A stretch of 64,000 bases of DNA from Octopus sinensis (Eukaryota). The notes under the pieces are model-generated. The model did not search any database, was not told the DNA's origin, and saw only the letters and a program-made list of their open reading frames with translations. Shown one piece after another: positions 34,956 through 48,396 of this stretch (position 1 is its first letter; every line of letters begins with the position of its first letter). The position numbers were made by a program, and so were the translations under genes. The DNA is taken from positions 57,474,001 through 57,538,000 of the forward strand of contig NC_042999.1 of assembly GCF_006345805.1 (NCBI RefSeq), written 5' to 3'.

Positions 34956-36241
34956 TACAAGAGACGTTCAATAAGTTATGCCCCTGACCCACTTCCCATA
35001 GCAGTAGAGCAACGACACTTGGCACAGTCTTTTTCTATATAGGAACCACCCAGAGTTACGCATTTCTCCCATCGTTTGATGCAACTCTGGAGACCGTTTT
35101 TGTAGAAGATCCCAGCTTGGTCCTCCAACCTCAACGTGACTTCAGAAATCAAGGCTACATCATCTGGGAAACGCTTTTCTTTCAAAAACAACTTCATGGC
35201 TGGGAAGAGTTGAAAATCAGAGGGTGCAAGGTCAGGAGAGTAGGGGGGATGGAGGAGGAGTTCATAGCCGCATGCCTGTGCTTCTGATCTGGCGACACAC
35301 GAGTTGTGGACCGGAGCGTTGTCCTGCAGGAGGAGGATATCTTTGTTGATCTTGCCCCGCCTCTTGATTTTGATAGCTTCTCTTAATTTCCTCAAAAGTG
35401 AAGCATAATAGGCTCCTGTAATTGTGATACCCTTTGCCAGGAAATCTGTCATCACTACTCCATCCTGGTCCCAGAAGACTGTGAGCATGACCTTGCCAGC
35501 AGAGGGCTGCACCCTTGCCTTCTTTGGAGGAGGTGAGTCACGGTGCTTCCACTGCATTGACTGGGCTTTGGTCTCTGGATCATAGTGATGGACCCAGGTT
35601 TCATCCTGTGTAATCAGTCTTTTGAAAAATTTTGACTCATCTTCTTGGCACATCTCCAAATTCATCCTCGGGCACTTGACATGTTCTTGCTTCTGGAAAG
35701 GTGTAAGCAACCTGGGAATCCATCTGGCAGACACCTTTTGCATATGCAAATGGTCATGAATGATAGTTTCCACAGACCCGGTACTAATCTTGACCTTATG
35801 GGCTATTTGGCGAATAGTTATGCGTCGATCTTCCAAATTGGCAGCCTCAACTTGACGGACAGATGCCTCATCAATGGCAGAAGTGGGGCGACCAGATCTG
35901 GGAGCTGTTTCCACAGAGTTACAACCATGTTTGAATTCACGATGCTAGCGTTTTGCAAGGTCATATGATGGGACATCATCACCATAAGTTACTTTCATTT
36001 TATCAAAAGTCTCCCGTGGTGTGCGTCCTTTCAAATACAAAAACCGGATCACTGCTCGACACTCAACAGGTTCCATTTCACACTTGACTCAGTTCAAACA
36101 CCTGTAAATTAGAAACCACAATTAGTTCAGAGCTGTAATTTGCCACTTAATCTATAGAGATATAATTGCACATGCAAAATTTCAGCTAGATCAAACAACT
36201 GCAAGTGGGTCAGGAGCATTACTTATTGAATGTCCCTCGTA
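34956..36241 (-). mobile_element. Full-length mariner (1286 bp), D,D34D transposase with one nonsense codon
   Basis: 39-bp TIRs (34/39 identical, TA ends). ATG at 36076, in frame with ORF 34976-35914; TAG at codon 44. Motifs WIPRLLT, TQDETW, LQDNAPVH, HPPYSPDLAPSD. Confidence 0.93.
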
Positions 36242-36370
36242 TTACTCTCCACCAATCAGCTCATTAGATTCTGAGTGGCACTTATTGTTGTGATGACACA
36301 AAAATATTTACAAAAGTAATATCACAATAATATACCAACAACAATGATACTGACAATAATAAAAATAATA

Positions 36371-36407
<37 letters not shown>

Positions 36408-37444
36408 CACTTGTTAATCTGAGGGGAGGCAACATAAGTAGCAATTAAAGGAATATTACAAAATCCACAGAAAGATCAAACACATACATATATTCATATA
36501 TTCATTTATATCTACAGAACAGATATAAAGTCTGACATTTAAAAATATAATATAATAATATATAAATAAATAAACATCATATGAAATATATAAATATATA
36601 AGAATCAGTGATGCATACAAAACACATTGAATTTACACTTAAAATCATAAAACGATTGGTAAAAATTTGGGATAATAAAACATACAAGGACATATTAAAG
36701 TGACGTATTAAAATTCCAGAGAAAATACACAAAAGATAAATATACAAAATTACAAAAATGTTCGTCTACGGGCCGTTTCAGAGACGATGATGATATATGT
36801 ATACATATATCATCATCATCATTATCATCATCATCACCATCATTATTTAACTTCCGTTAAATATTGTTCATGCTGGCTTCTTACAGAAACCTAGCTTATT
36901 GAAGCTCAGATTACCAAATGGAGGGATACAGAAAGTCCAAGGTGGCTACAAGAATCTGGGTTGCTTTTGGTCAAGGAAGGTTATGTGGTATTGTTAGAAG
37001 TAAGATCAGCGACTCTGGAGACTCCATAAAGTTTGGAATGAAACTCCCAACATCAAATGGACCGTTATCAACAGGACTGCACCTTAGTCACTCAGATTTA
37101 ACACTTGCCATTTTTGCCTCCATGAAAGATTACACATTCTCCACCAACCAGCAATATCTATCAACAAGAAATATGAACTATCTTATTGCTGCCATCAGAG
37201 GTACACCTTCCTGATGAACTTCAAACCCTACTGGCTGCACCTCATCACTGGTCACCTCACAACCAAGGATAGGGTTCCTAATCACCAATGCCTATACAGA
37301 CCTCAGGTCAACCTTCCAACCATATGCTCCCTTGTAACCCCCTACATTTGCCCTCACAAACATGAATGTGCACATGCAAGCAAACACATAAATACATATA
37401 TGTATGTGTGTATATATATATACACATATAAAGTTAATCCAAAC

Positions 37445-37607
37445 AAGAAAGCACAAAAAAACACAACAACGCGAGGACGTGGAACAAATATAGTATTATT
37501 GGACGCTCAGGAAAGAAGGAGGGTTTAACATTTCGAGTGGAGCTCTTCGTCGGAAACATAGGAGAAGGAAAGATCCAGAGAAGGGAAGACAGAGGAAAAA
37601 AAACGCC
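37445..37607 (-). mobile_element. Penelope-type tail / pLTR-like fragment
   Basis: tgtttccgacgaagagctccactcgaaatgttaaacc motif (CUGANGA..GAAA-like) flanked by microsatellites. Confidence 0.5.
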
Positions 37608-37608
37608 A

Positions 37609-37672
<64 letters not shown>

Positions 37673-38725
37673 GATGATGATGATGATGATGATATATATA
37701 CTTCTCGTCTCTTTCTTTCACACACCCCACACCACCAAACTTCAGTCCAACAATGTTGTTGCAAGTACACTAGCATACATCTGCCAATCCCACACACATA
37801 AATACAATAAGTATGCATGCATATGTATACACACACACACACATATATGTTCTTCCAGACAAACTTACGCACATTCATACTTTTACATACAAATACAAGA
37901 ATGTACATACTCACATTCACAAATCCTCTATATGCAAGCACATCAGCATCCTGAACATGTTGATGTATGTGAAAGTGGACTAACAAAACACAATCTGTTT
38001 TACTACATCAGTAACAGTGGATTTTGTCATTACATGTAACTTCCAGTAGATATTTGCTAATGACAAAGCCCAAAGAGGCTGATATGCCCACTTAGCTATG
38101 TCATCACAACTGCTGGACAATTTTCATCTACTACTGTTATATTACTGTGCTTTTTAGCTCTACACATCCATAAAAAAAACTATCTCAGGATGAATGCTGC
38201 AGTAATTCAGGCTTTCAATGATGCACATGCTTTAAATATGATATATACATTACTATTTTAAATTAATATTGCTTCTGTCACACATAACAAATATGAATGG
38301 CTGTGTGATAAGTAGCTTGCTTACCAGCCACATGGTTCTGGGTTCAGTCCCACTGCTGCATGGCACCTTGGGTAAGTGTCTTCTACTATAGCCTCAGGCT
38401 GGCCAAAGCCTTATGAGTAGATTTGGTATATATGTGCATGTTGTGTGTGTGTGTCTGTATGTCTGTGTTTGTCCCCCACCCACCATCACTTGACAACCAA
38501 TGTTGGTCTATTTACATCTCTGTAATGGCAAAAGAGACTGATAGAATAAGTACTAGACTTACAAAGAATAAGTCCCATGGTCAATCTGTTTGACTAAAGG
38601 TGATGCTCCTGCATGGCCACAGTCAAATGACTGAAACAAATAAAAATAAAAAGAATATGTATGTTTGCACATTTATGTACAGGCATAAATTGTTGTGCTA
38701 AATACTGTTGTACTATTATATACAC

Positions 38726-39470
38726 TTGCAGCGTGGAAGGTGTTTGTAAGCCATTTAAGAAACACACAAAAGCCGTTCGATTCACTTCAACATTTAAGTT
38801 TAATTTGTCAAAATATTTTCGTCGCTAAAATCCGCGACCTGTTCACTGACAAAAATCCGTGCAGCACAGATTTTTGACAGTGAACAGGTCGCGGATTTTA
38901 GCGATGAAAATATTTTGACAAGTTAAACTTAAATGTTGAAGTGAATCGCACGGATTTTTGTCAGTGAACAGGTTGCGGATTTTAGCGACGAAAATATTTT
39001 GACAAGTTAAACTTAAATGTTGAAGTGAATCGCACGGATTTTTGACAGTGAACAGGTTGCGGATTTTAGCGATGAAAATATTTTGACAAGTTAAACTTAA
39101 ATGTTGAAGTGAATCGCACGGATTTTTGTCAGTGAACAGGTTGCGGATTTTAGCGACGAAAATATTTTGACAAGTTAAACTTAAATGTTGAAGTGAATCG
39201 CACGGATTTTTGTCAGTGAACAGGTTGCGGATTTTAGCGATGAAAATATTTTGACAAGTTAAACTTAAATGTTGAAGTGAATCGCACGGATTTTTGTCAG
39301 TGAACAGGTCGCGGATTTTAGCGACGAAAATATTTTGACAAATTAAACTTAAATGTTGAAGTGAATCGAACGGCTTTTGTGTGTTTCTTAAATGGCTTAC
39401 AAACACCTTCCACGCTGCAACTGTTTTCGTTCCAGCACACGATCTCAGATCAAATCACTTGCTATGCGAG
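38726..39470. repeat. Fold-back structure: 137-bp inverted arm + six tandem 84-bp units
   Basis: 38726-38862 is the reverse complement of 39284-39420; unit starts at 38881, 38965, 39049, 39133, 39217 and 39301. Confidence 0.92.
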
Positions 39471-40448
39471 TACATCTCCGTAATTATATACACTTTTTCT
39501 TGTAAATCATTCAATCATTCAAGTATGTCTAACATGTATTTTCAGTTACATAGACTGCAGCTAAACACAGGCCTTTATAAAGCATGAGCAAAACGCTCCC
39601 TGTCCAATGGATGATGCTGAGCTGTCAAACATTCAAACCAAATTTTCTCAAAACAACTTGTCCGACCATTCCATAGGCCTGAGAAAAAAAAAATTAAACC
39701 AAATTTAAGACACCAGCAAAAGAAGAAATAAAGATTGACTTTTTTTCTATTCCAAAGAATGCTTTATCGATCACATTCTCACCTGGAATCGATTTTTGTA
39801 ATTTTTTCAAGACTTATACACACCCTGATACCCTCAGTATCTACATATCAAATTTGAGTGCAATCGGATGGAGGATGCCCGAGATCCTAGAAGCCACACA
39901 CACCCACAGACAAACAGAATGGATTTTATATAAGAGATTACTCGAGTGGATGATTTAAAGAGGCTTGTTGAAAGTGATAATACAACCAAATCTTTTAGAT
40001 GAAGTACAGTAAGAACTGATAAAATAGTTTTTCCAGGCAGTTAACCTCACTTATCTTTTAGTAAGCTGTAAAGTTCAAATATTTTAGTCTCTGTTCACCA
40101 TTATGCATCTAGTACATATGTTGTCTTAAGGTGAATGTATGAATTGGATGAACTCTTTAGTAGAAACTAGGTATGTGATAGTATCAGATTAGATATCTGA
40201 GGGCTTTATCCTTTTTCTTTTTTCTTTCACTGGTTTCAGTCACTGGACTGTGGCCATACTAAGGTAATGCTTTCGAGGGTTTTGGTCAACTATATCAACC
40301 ACAATACTTGGTACCTATTTACTTATTTATTCAATCTTGGAGTAGAACAAAAGTAAACTAGACATAGGGGCAGGAGGTGGTTAAGCAACCTACAAGAAAC
40401 TAATACAGCAAGGTATTTTTGCAGCATACAGCACTTTGCTATCAAAAG

Positions 40449-40464
40449 CCAATATATCTATCCG

Positions 40465-40560
<96 letters not shown>

Positions 40561-40717
40561 ACTGCCTGCATCTTTCTCTCTTCCTCACTATACACACACA
40601 CATATGTATATAAATAAATATATATATACACACACACACACATACATGCATACAGACAGACATTTATCTATATATCTATATCTATCTATCTATCTTTATC
40701 CACGCATACACACACAC

Positions 40718-40804
<87 letters not shown>

Positions 40805-40805
40805 C
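40449..40805. repeat. Opposed (TCTA)n and (TAGA)n microsatellites
   Basis: 40449-40560 and 40716-40805. Confidence 0.9.
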
Positions 40806-43800
40806 AGGCAGAGACATATGCCTAATGATACACATACATATATTGATACACACATACATATATATATATGTTCACACACACATATACACACATATATATA
40901 TAATCATACATACACATACACACACAAATAACACATATACATACATATACATTCAACATGATTCATCTATCTCATTTCCCACAAAGGTCAGTTGCTCAGC
41001 CTGAGACCAGCTCCTATATCAGAGACTTGTTCACAATATCACACAACAGGATCAAATCCATGACTATGTGTCCTGTGAAGCAAACTCCTTAACCATTCCA
41101 TTATGCCTGTGCAGTTCATGATCAGCAGATTTATGTACAGGTCTTGGATTCTTATTATATCATACATATTACATTTATTTCTGGAATAAAGTAATCGACT
41201 TTGTCAGTTAGTGCAATTTACAAAATAGATACCATTACTTTAAGGGAGGAGTTAACATATCAGCAATTGACTTTTTTCTTCCTCTTCATCGATAAGAGAT
41301 ACAAAAATTTTAATATGTTGTAGTTTGTCAGTTAAATTGTTAAAGAGCCTTAATCACAATAATTTTTTAAGTTGTCACTGTTGTAGATTTTTAAATCCAA
41401 CCTAGTTTTAACTAAGCAGACTTATGATTAAAGATGTTCTAACCATGACTAGCCAACCTTCACTTAAACATCATGTATCCAAGACTACATTTTCCAGAGT
41501 GTACTCTCTTTTTAATGATATGATTTGAGTGTGATTTGGCTACTACTTTCAACGAGTTGGGTAGCCATGTAGAAGCTCTTTGATAGGCTCTTTAGTAAAT
41601 GTTATATTTGTTAAAAATTTTAACAAAATATAGAAAACTGTTGCTTATCCTATTTCATTAATCATATATGCGCACAATAAAATTATAAATAACACTTTTC
41701 AAACATTAATATGGATTTCCTAAGGTGCTAAACTATATTTTTAAAAATCCATGGAGCACATAGATATTCCTTGCAGTACATCAATGAACCTCAATGTACC
41801 ATTTGAGAAATACAATGATAAACAAAAGCAACAGTTAATTAAGTTTTCATTAAGCCTGCCTTAAATCTAAATTAGCATTTGGTAGTGAATGTTTAGCTCT
41901 GGTTTGATGTTGTGAAAATACACACAATGGAATTGGACTCAGAATCTATATTTCCCTTCTTTCTTTTTCTTATGGTTTTACCTGGAGGAAAGAACATTAC
42001 CATGGCTAGAAAGTTCACTGTAGTTGACAGCCCTCTTAACACCTACAAGCAAAACCGAAAAGACATGGACAGTGTGTGAATTCAGAGTAAGGATTATTGT
42101 GCACAGTAGTGAGTCTGGAGTCCAAATGGAATGGAATGAACACAATATGAATGACAATACTGGCTCCTGTGCTGGTGGCACATAAGAAGCACCCACTACA
42201 CTCTCAGAGTGGTTGGCGTTAGGAAAGGCATCAAGCTGTAGAAACTCTGCCAGATCAGATTGGAACCTGGTGCAGCCTCCTGGCTCTCCAGACCTCAGTC
42301 AAACCATCTAACCCATGCCAGCATGGAAAACGGACGTTAAACGATGATGATGGTGGTGGTGGTGGTGGTGGTGGTGGCGGTGGTGGTGGTGGTGATGATA
42401 CTATGGATATATTTTCTTGGTAAACTTTCCTTGCAGTGAACTTTCTTTCTGGCGAATTGATGGCAGTGAACTTACCTATAATCCTTTTAAGAGACACATA
42501 GCTTTTAACAACTGCAGTGAAAGTAAATTCATCTATAAACTCTAGTGCCTCTGAATTGCAATCAACCAAACCAGACTGGGCTCTGAGTCTAATAAAACCA
42601 ACCTCCATAATTTAAGAAGGATGCATCTCTTTGGATGAAGAATTGAGTCAAAAATTTAGTGCAGAGTTTGGAAGTGAAAAGCAATAGGAATGGTGATAAG
42701 GAAAAAAAAAAACAGAAGGTAACTGTCTTGGGCAGAGGAGGTTTGTAGTTAGCTAAATAAGAGAAAAGAAGGCCATTGTAACAGATTATTCTTCTGAAGA
42801 CACTAAATGGTCTAAAGGTATTAAGTTGAGTATTGTTTTAGATCTATATCTAACCTCCATATAAAAAAAAAAGCATGGTCATTGTATTTAGCCTCAGTTC
42901 GATGCCAACCTAGAAGAGGCATGATTAAAAGCTTCCAAGTAACAGTTATCTTGTATTTTTAGTGAAGTGAAAAAGACAATATCCACTGTGAGTGATATTT
43001 TTCTAAGATTTCAGGATGTCTTTTGAGGAATATTTTTCTTTTATTTCAAACAAGTTGAGAGACCATATAACAGATTCTTATATGTTTCAAATGGGCCATA
43101 GTATAGCACTAACATTACAAAGACTGTCTCATTGGATCAGAGTTCACTCTGCGCTGATGGTTATTTGTAATTGTGAACAACCAGATTTTACAGAAGAGCT
43201 GGTTGATATTAAAGATTAACATTATTTTCATTTGACTGTCATTCATATGAGACAACTCTAGATATGTTTCGACCTTATTCTGATCTTATTAACAAAGAAT
43301 TAACTTTCATACTATTTACCAAAGTAGTGAAGAAAGACTTACTAAAGAAATGTGCAATATTTTATATTTGTTGATGTAGAAAATTAGAATTATTTTTGCC
43401 CGACTTCAGCAATCTAAAATAGTAAAGGTATTTTACCTCGCATAAAAGTTATTGTTTAACTGCTGGCTAGCTCTGACCAAACAGAGTTATGGTCAATGGC
43501 ATTTCAGCTGTAACCATCTCATTTTAATTTCAGGCAATGTATCTAGGACTACATTATCCAGTTGCCCTACCCTTTTTGAAGACAAAAAGATGAAATACGA
43601 GGTACTTTTGGCTTTCATTTCTAGTATATCAACTGACCACCTTGATCAATAGTTCTTTAACTGACAAATATCAGCCTTCCCCCACCCTGACCACTACCAT
43701 AAAAAAACATAAGTGAAACTTTTTGTCCTTCTCCTAAAATTTTATTAATGAAATGCAACTCTTAATAATTGCTGACACAAAATGATGTTAGTTTCTAAGT

Positions 43801-44029
43801 AAATTCTTCTTTCTTTCCAGTAGTGTTTAAAATGATGCTGGACAAACTGAAAAAGATGGGAGTACAATATACATGATTTAATTTGACTAAACATGGTAAT
43901 TTGTCTGCCCCCTTTTTAACTCTCATAGAACCTTTATTCCTTTTCAGAAATATTGACCAAGAGGCAAGCTCTTTCATTGGCTCATATATATTATGATAAA
44001 TAGCAACATATAATCGAAATTAAATTTGA

Positions 44030-44410
44030 TGACTGGCATCTGTGCTAGTGGAGTGCTAAGAGCACCATCCGAGCATGATCGTTGTCAGAGCAGCTGACTG
44101 GCTTCCATGCTGGTGGCATGTAAAAAGCACCTTTCAAGCATGATCATTACCAGCGTCATCTTACTGGCACATGAAAAAACATTCGAGCGAGGTCATTGCC
44201 AGTGTCGCTGGACTGGCTCCTGTGCAGGTGGCATGTAAAAGCACCCACTACACTCTCAGAGTGGTTGGTGTTAGGAAGGGCATCAAGCTGTAGAAACTCT
44301 GCCAGATCAGATTGGAGCCTGGTGCAGCCATCTGGTTCACCAGTCCTCAGTCAAATCGTCCAACCCATGCTAGCATGGAAAGTGGACGTTAAACGATGAT
44401 GATGATGATA
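44030..44410 (+). mobile_element. RTE 3'-tail elements (also 42160-42345, 51368-51530, 56130-56365 on +; 48780-48830 on -)
   Basis: Shared ...ggcgttaggaagggcatcc...ggacgttaaacgatgatg end. Confidence 0.8.
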
Positions 44411-45461
44411 TATAAGGTAATTCAGTCGACAAAAAACAGCAGCTTATAACAGAGATGGTACCATGTTACCAAGTCAAACAGTATCAATTTTTTTTAGCCC
44501 GAGGTCAGGCTTGATTGACCAGACCTATTAACAAAGGCTCAAGTAATGATTGCTCTATATTTTACCAGGCATAACTTGTAGGGCACCAGAACACTGTACA
44601 CAACAAGCTCATTATTATTTCATAATATCTCTAGATCTACTTTATTCAAATGTGGTTTTATTTTTTTTAACAATAGGATGTGCTTTGAGGGAGATCTGGT
44701 TACTAAATCTAGCAGGGCAAGCAGACACTCTGAAAGGCTTTTTGATTCCAGATATTAATTCTTTTCTACCATAGGCACAAGGGCGGAAATTTTGATGGTA
44801 AGGGTGACAATTAATCACATCAACTCCAGTACTCAACTGGTACTTGTTTTTTTTTGACCCCAAAAGAATGAAAGACAAAGCTGACCTCAGCAGAATTTGA
44901 ACTCAGAACATAAAGCCAGAAAAGTATCATTAAGCATTTTGTCCAACGAGCTAACAAGTCTGCGAGATATCATTTGACAGAAGTTTAGCTCTAATTCAGC
45001 CCTGATAGTTAAACCTATGATCAAAGTATTTTAGTCATCACCATCTGGTCTTATTTTTCGTGAAGAGTGAACCACAAACTGCATTAACCAATGTGCTTTT
45101 TGCTCTCCTTTTTTTTTTTAACATTGTAGTGTGTGAATTGAGAGAGATTTGACTGTTGCTTCTGGAAGATAGAGTAAAAATCGTGTGAAGTTCCTACATA
45201 GGCTACAATCATAACTGATTCTGTGTAGCCCCAGGGCAGCCTACATCAGTCAAAAGACAATCCATCTGTAACAATTTTTTTTTTTTTCCAGACAGAATAT
45301 ATAGACTAAATTGTCCAATGTGTCCTTCACATTTTGAAGACAGAAGGCATGGTGTGAGAGCGATTTAGCGACTATTATTTATACAGAACAAAGTGACCAC
45401 AAATAAGATTCCAGAGAAGCGACAATAATTTGACTGAAGAAATGGTTCGGTATTAAACAAA

Positions 45462-45800
45462 AACTTGAACACCTTTTCAAACTCTACCTGTCTAACACCC
45501 GTGGACATGTTTACAAAGTCAGAAAACAGCACAGTTCCCATGACTTTCGGAAACATTTTTTCACGCTAAGAGTTGCTGAAGCATGGAACAAACTGCCAGC
45601 ATCAGTTGTTAGTTGTCAGAGCACTGCATCCTTCAAAACTTCCATGCTTCCTGAGATTCGCCAACACTACACACGCAAGCATGTATCTGACTCATACACT
45701 GTTCGCTTCCCAGACATTTGTACATTACTGCATATGCTTTATACGCACTTTTGACAAGTTGTGGGGCACCTGATCACTGTATACAATAATTTTATTATAT
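45462..45800 (+). mobile_element. CR1-group LINE 3' end (also 57935-58700 +, 59265-59350 +, 48706-48778 -)
   Basis: ctaacacccgtggacat(g/a)tttacaaagtcagaaaacagc...gcactgtatacaataat. ORF 57985-58293 has MVRPHLEFASPVWNPY...LEAVQR.ATK. Confidence 0.85.
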
Positions 45801-45801
45801 A

Positions 45802-48396
45802 CTAGTAGTATCGCCTGGTGTTGCTCGGGTTTGTAAGGGAAATAACTATATAAGCATTTTTAGAGAGTTACTTCCCTTATAGATGCCAATTCGGGCTTTC
45901 TTAGACATTTCTATTTTGGTGTCTTCAAGCCATGAAGTTGTTCTAAAAGAAAGCTGGTCTCCTTGACAACGCATTACGACGTTAATTTCTTTACACTCCC
46001 TTCCCCACAGCTTCACAAAGGAGGGAAGAAGGGGGAGAAGCAAACACAGGTGCAGGTGTTTGAGTGTGGACGCCAACTCCGCCGCCATCGACACACGAAA
46101 AATTATGCATTAAAATGGAATCAAAAAATGATGTTAAATTATTTTTTAAATCGTAGACTCATCGTAGACGCGCGCTAATAGCCAGACGGGCTCGATATTA
46201 ATCACGACTATAAGATACCCGAATTTGGTTAAACTGCACCGCAAAATGTGGGAGGAGGTAGGAATCTAAATCGTAGGAGACAGACACTCACACAACTACA
46301 GTTTTATATATATAGACTAGCAGTATCGCCCGGCGTTGCTCGGGTTTGTAAGGGAAATAACTATATAAGCATTTTTAGAGAGTTATAGCAAAAAAATGCA
46401 TTAAAAATGGAATAAAAAATGATGATAATTTTTTTTTTAAATCGTTGTCTCAGTGTCTTCAAGCCATCAAGTCGTTGTTCTAAAAGAACGCTGGTCTCCT
46501 TGACAACGCATTACGACGTTGATTTCCTTACACTCCCTTCCCCACAGCTTCACGAGGGAGGGAAGAAGGGGGAGAAGCAAATAGGTGCAGGCGTGAGCGT
46601 GGACGCCAACTCCGCCGCCATCGACACACGAAAAATTATGCATTAAAATGGAATAAAAAATGATGTTAAATTATTTTTAAAATCGTAGACTCATCGTAGA
46701 CGCGCGCTAATACTCAGACGGGCTCGATATGAATCACGACTATAAGATACCCGAATTTGGTTAAACTGCACCGCAAAATGTGGGAGTAGTTAGGAATCTA
46801 AATCGAAGGGGACAGACACTCACACAACTACAGTTTTATATATATAGACTAGCAGTATCGCCCGGCGTTGCTCGGGTTTGTAAGGGAAATAACTATATAA
46901 GCATTTTTAGAGAGTTATAGCAAAAAAATGCATTAAAATGGAATAAAAAATGATGATAATTTTTTTTTTAAATCGTTGTCTCAGTGTCTTCAAGCCATCA
47001 AGTCGTTGTTCTAAAAGAACGCTGGTCTCCTTGACAACGCATTACGACGTTGATTTCCTTACACTCCCTTCCCCACAGCTTCACGAGGGAGGGAGGGAAG
47101 AAGGGGGAGAAGCAAATAGGTGCAGGCGTGAGCGTGGACGCCAACTCCGCCGCCATCGACACACGAAAAATTATGCATTAAAATGGAATAAAAAATGATG
47201 TTAAATTATTTTTAAAATCGTAGACTCATCGTAGACGCGCGCTAATACTCAGACGGGCTCGATATGAATCACGACTATAAGATACCCGAATTTGGTTAAA
47301 CTGCACCGCAAAATGTGGGAGTAGTTAGGAATCTAAATCGAAGGGGACAGACACTCACACAACTACAGTTTTATATATATAGACTAGCAGTATCGCCCGG
47401 CGTTGCTCGGGTTTGTAAGGGAAATAACTATATAAGCATTTTTAGAGAGTTACTTCCCTTATAAATTCGGGCTTTCTTAGCCATTTTTGTTTTGGTGTCT
47501 TCAAGCCATGAAGTCGTTGTTCTAAAAGAACGCTGGTCTCCTTGACAACGCATTACGACGTTGATTTCCTTACACTCCCTTCCCCACAGCTTCACGAGGG
47601 AGGGAAGAAGGGGGAGAAGCAAAGAGGTGCAGGCGTGAGCGTGGACGCCAACTCCGCCGCCATCGACACACGAAAAATTATGCATTAAAATGGAATAAAA
47701 AATGATGTTAAATTATTTTTAAAATCGTAGACTCATCGTAGACGCGCGCTAATACTCAGACGGGCTCGATATGAATCACGACTATAAGATACCCGAATTT
47801 GGTTAAACTGCACCGCAAAATGTGGGAGTAGTTAGGAATCTAAATCGAAGGGGACAGACACTCACACAACTACAGTTTTATATATATAGACTAGCAGTAT
47901 CGCCCGGCGTTGCTAGGGTTTGTAAGGGAAATAACTATATAAGCATTTTTAGAGAGTTACTTCCCTTATAAATTCGGGCTTTCTTAGCCATTTTTGTTTT
48001 GGTGTCTTCAAGCCATGAAGTCGTTGTTCTAAAAGAACGCTGGTTTCCTTCACAACGCATTACGACGTTGATTTCTTTACACTCCCTTCCCCACAGCTTC
48101 ACGAGGGAGGGAAGGGGGAGAAGCAAACAGGTGCAGCTGTGAGCGTGGACGCCAACTCCGCCGCCATCGACATACGATGCATTTTATGCATTAAAATGGA
48201 ATAAAAAATGATGTTAAATTATTTTTAAAATCGTAGACTCATCGTTGACGCGTGCTAATAGTCAGACGGGCTCGATATGAATCACGACTATAAGATACCC
48301 GAATTTGGTTAAACTGCACCGCAAAATGTGGGAGGAGTTAGGAATCTAAATCGAAGGGGACAGACACTCACACAACTAGAGTTTTATATATATAGA
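45802..48396 (-). mobile_element. Head-to-tail array of five non-autonomous Helitrons (515, 532, 535, 507, 506 bp)
   Basis: Units 45802-46316, 46317-46848, 46849-47383, 47384-47890, 47891-48396. Each minus-strand unit starts TCtatatatataaaact and ends cccgagcaacgccgggcgatact(g/a)CTAG. Junctions are CTAG|TC; outer flanks A and T. Confidence 0.9.

Noticed and set aside
36918-37330. Two adjacent ~100-aa ORFs
   Set aside because: Probably a decayed LINE 3' fragment; too degenerate to assign a clade
38843-39406. 187-aa ORF with a 28-aa Cys/His repeat resembling a zinc-finger array
   Set aside because: Product of the 84-bp tandem repeat; spacing is not C2H2 and there is no splice context
45846-48126. 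Recurrent 60-85 aa ORFs in the array
   Set aside because: Repeated non-coding Helitron units; no Rep or helicase motifs
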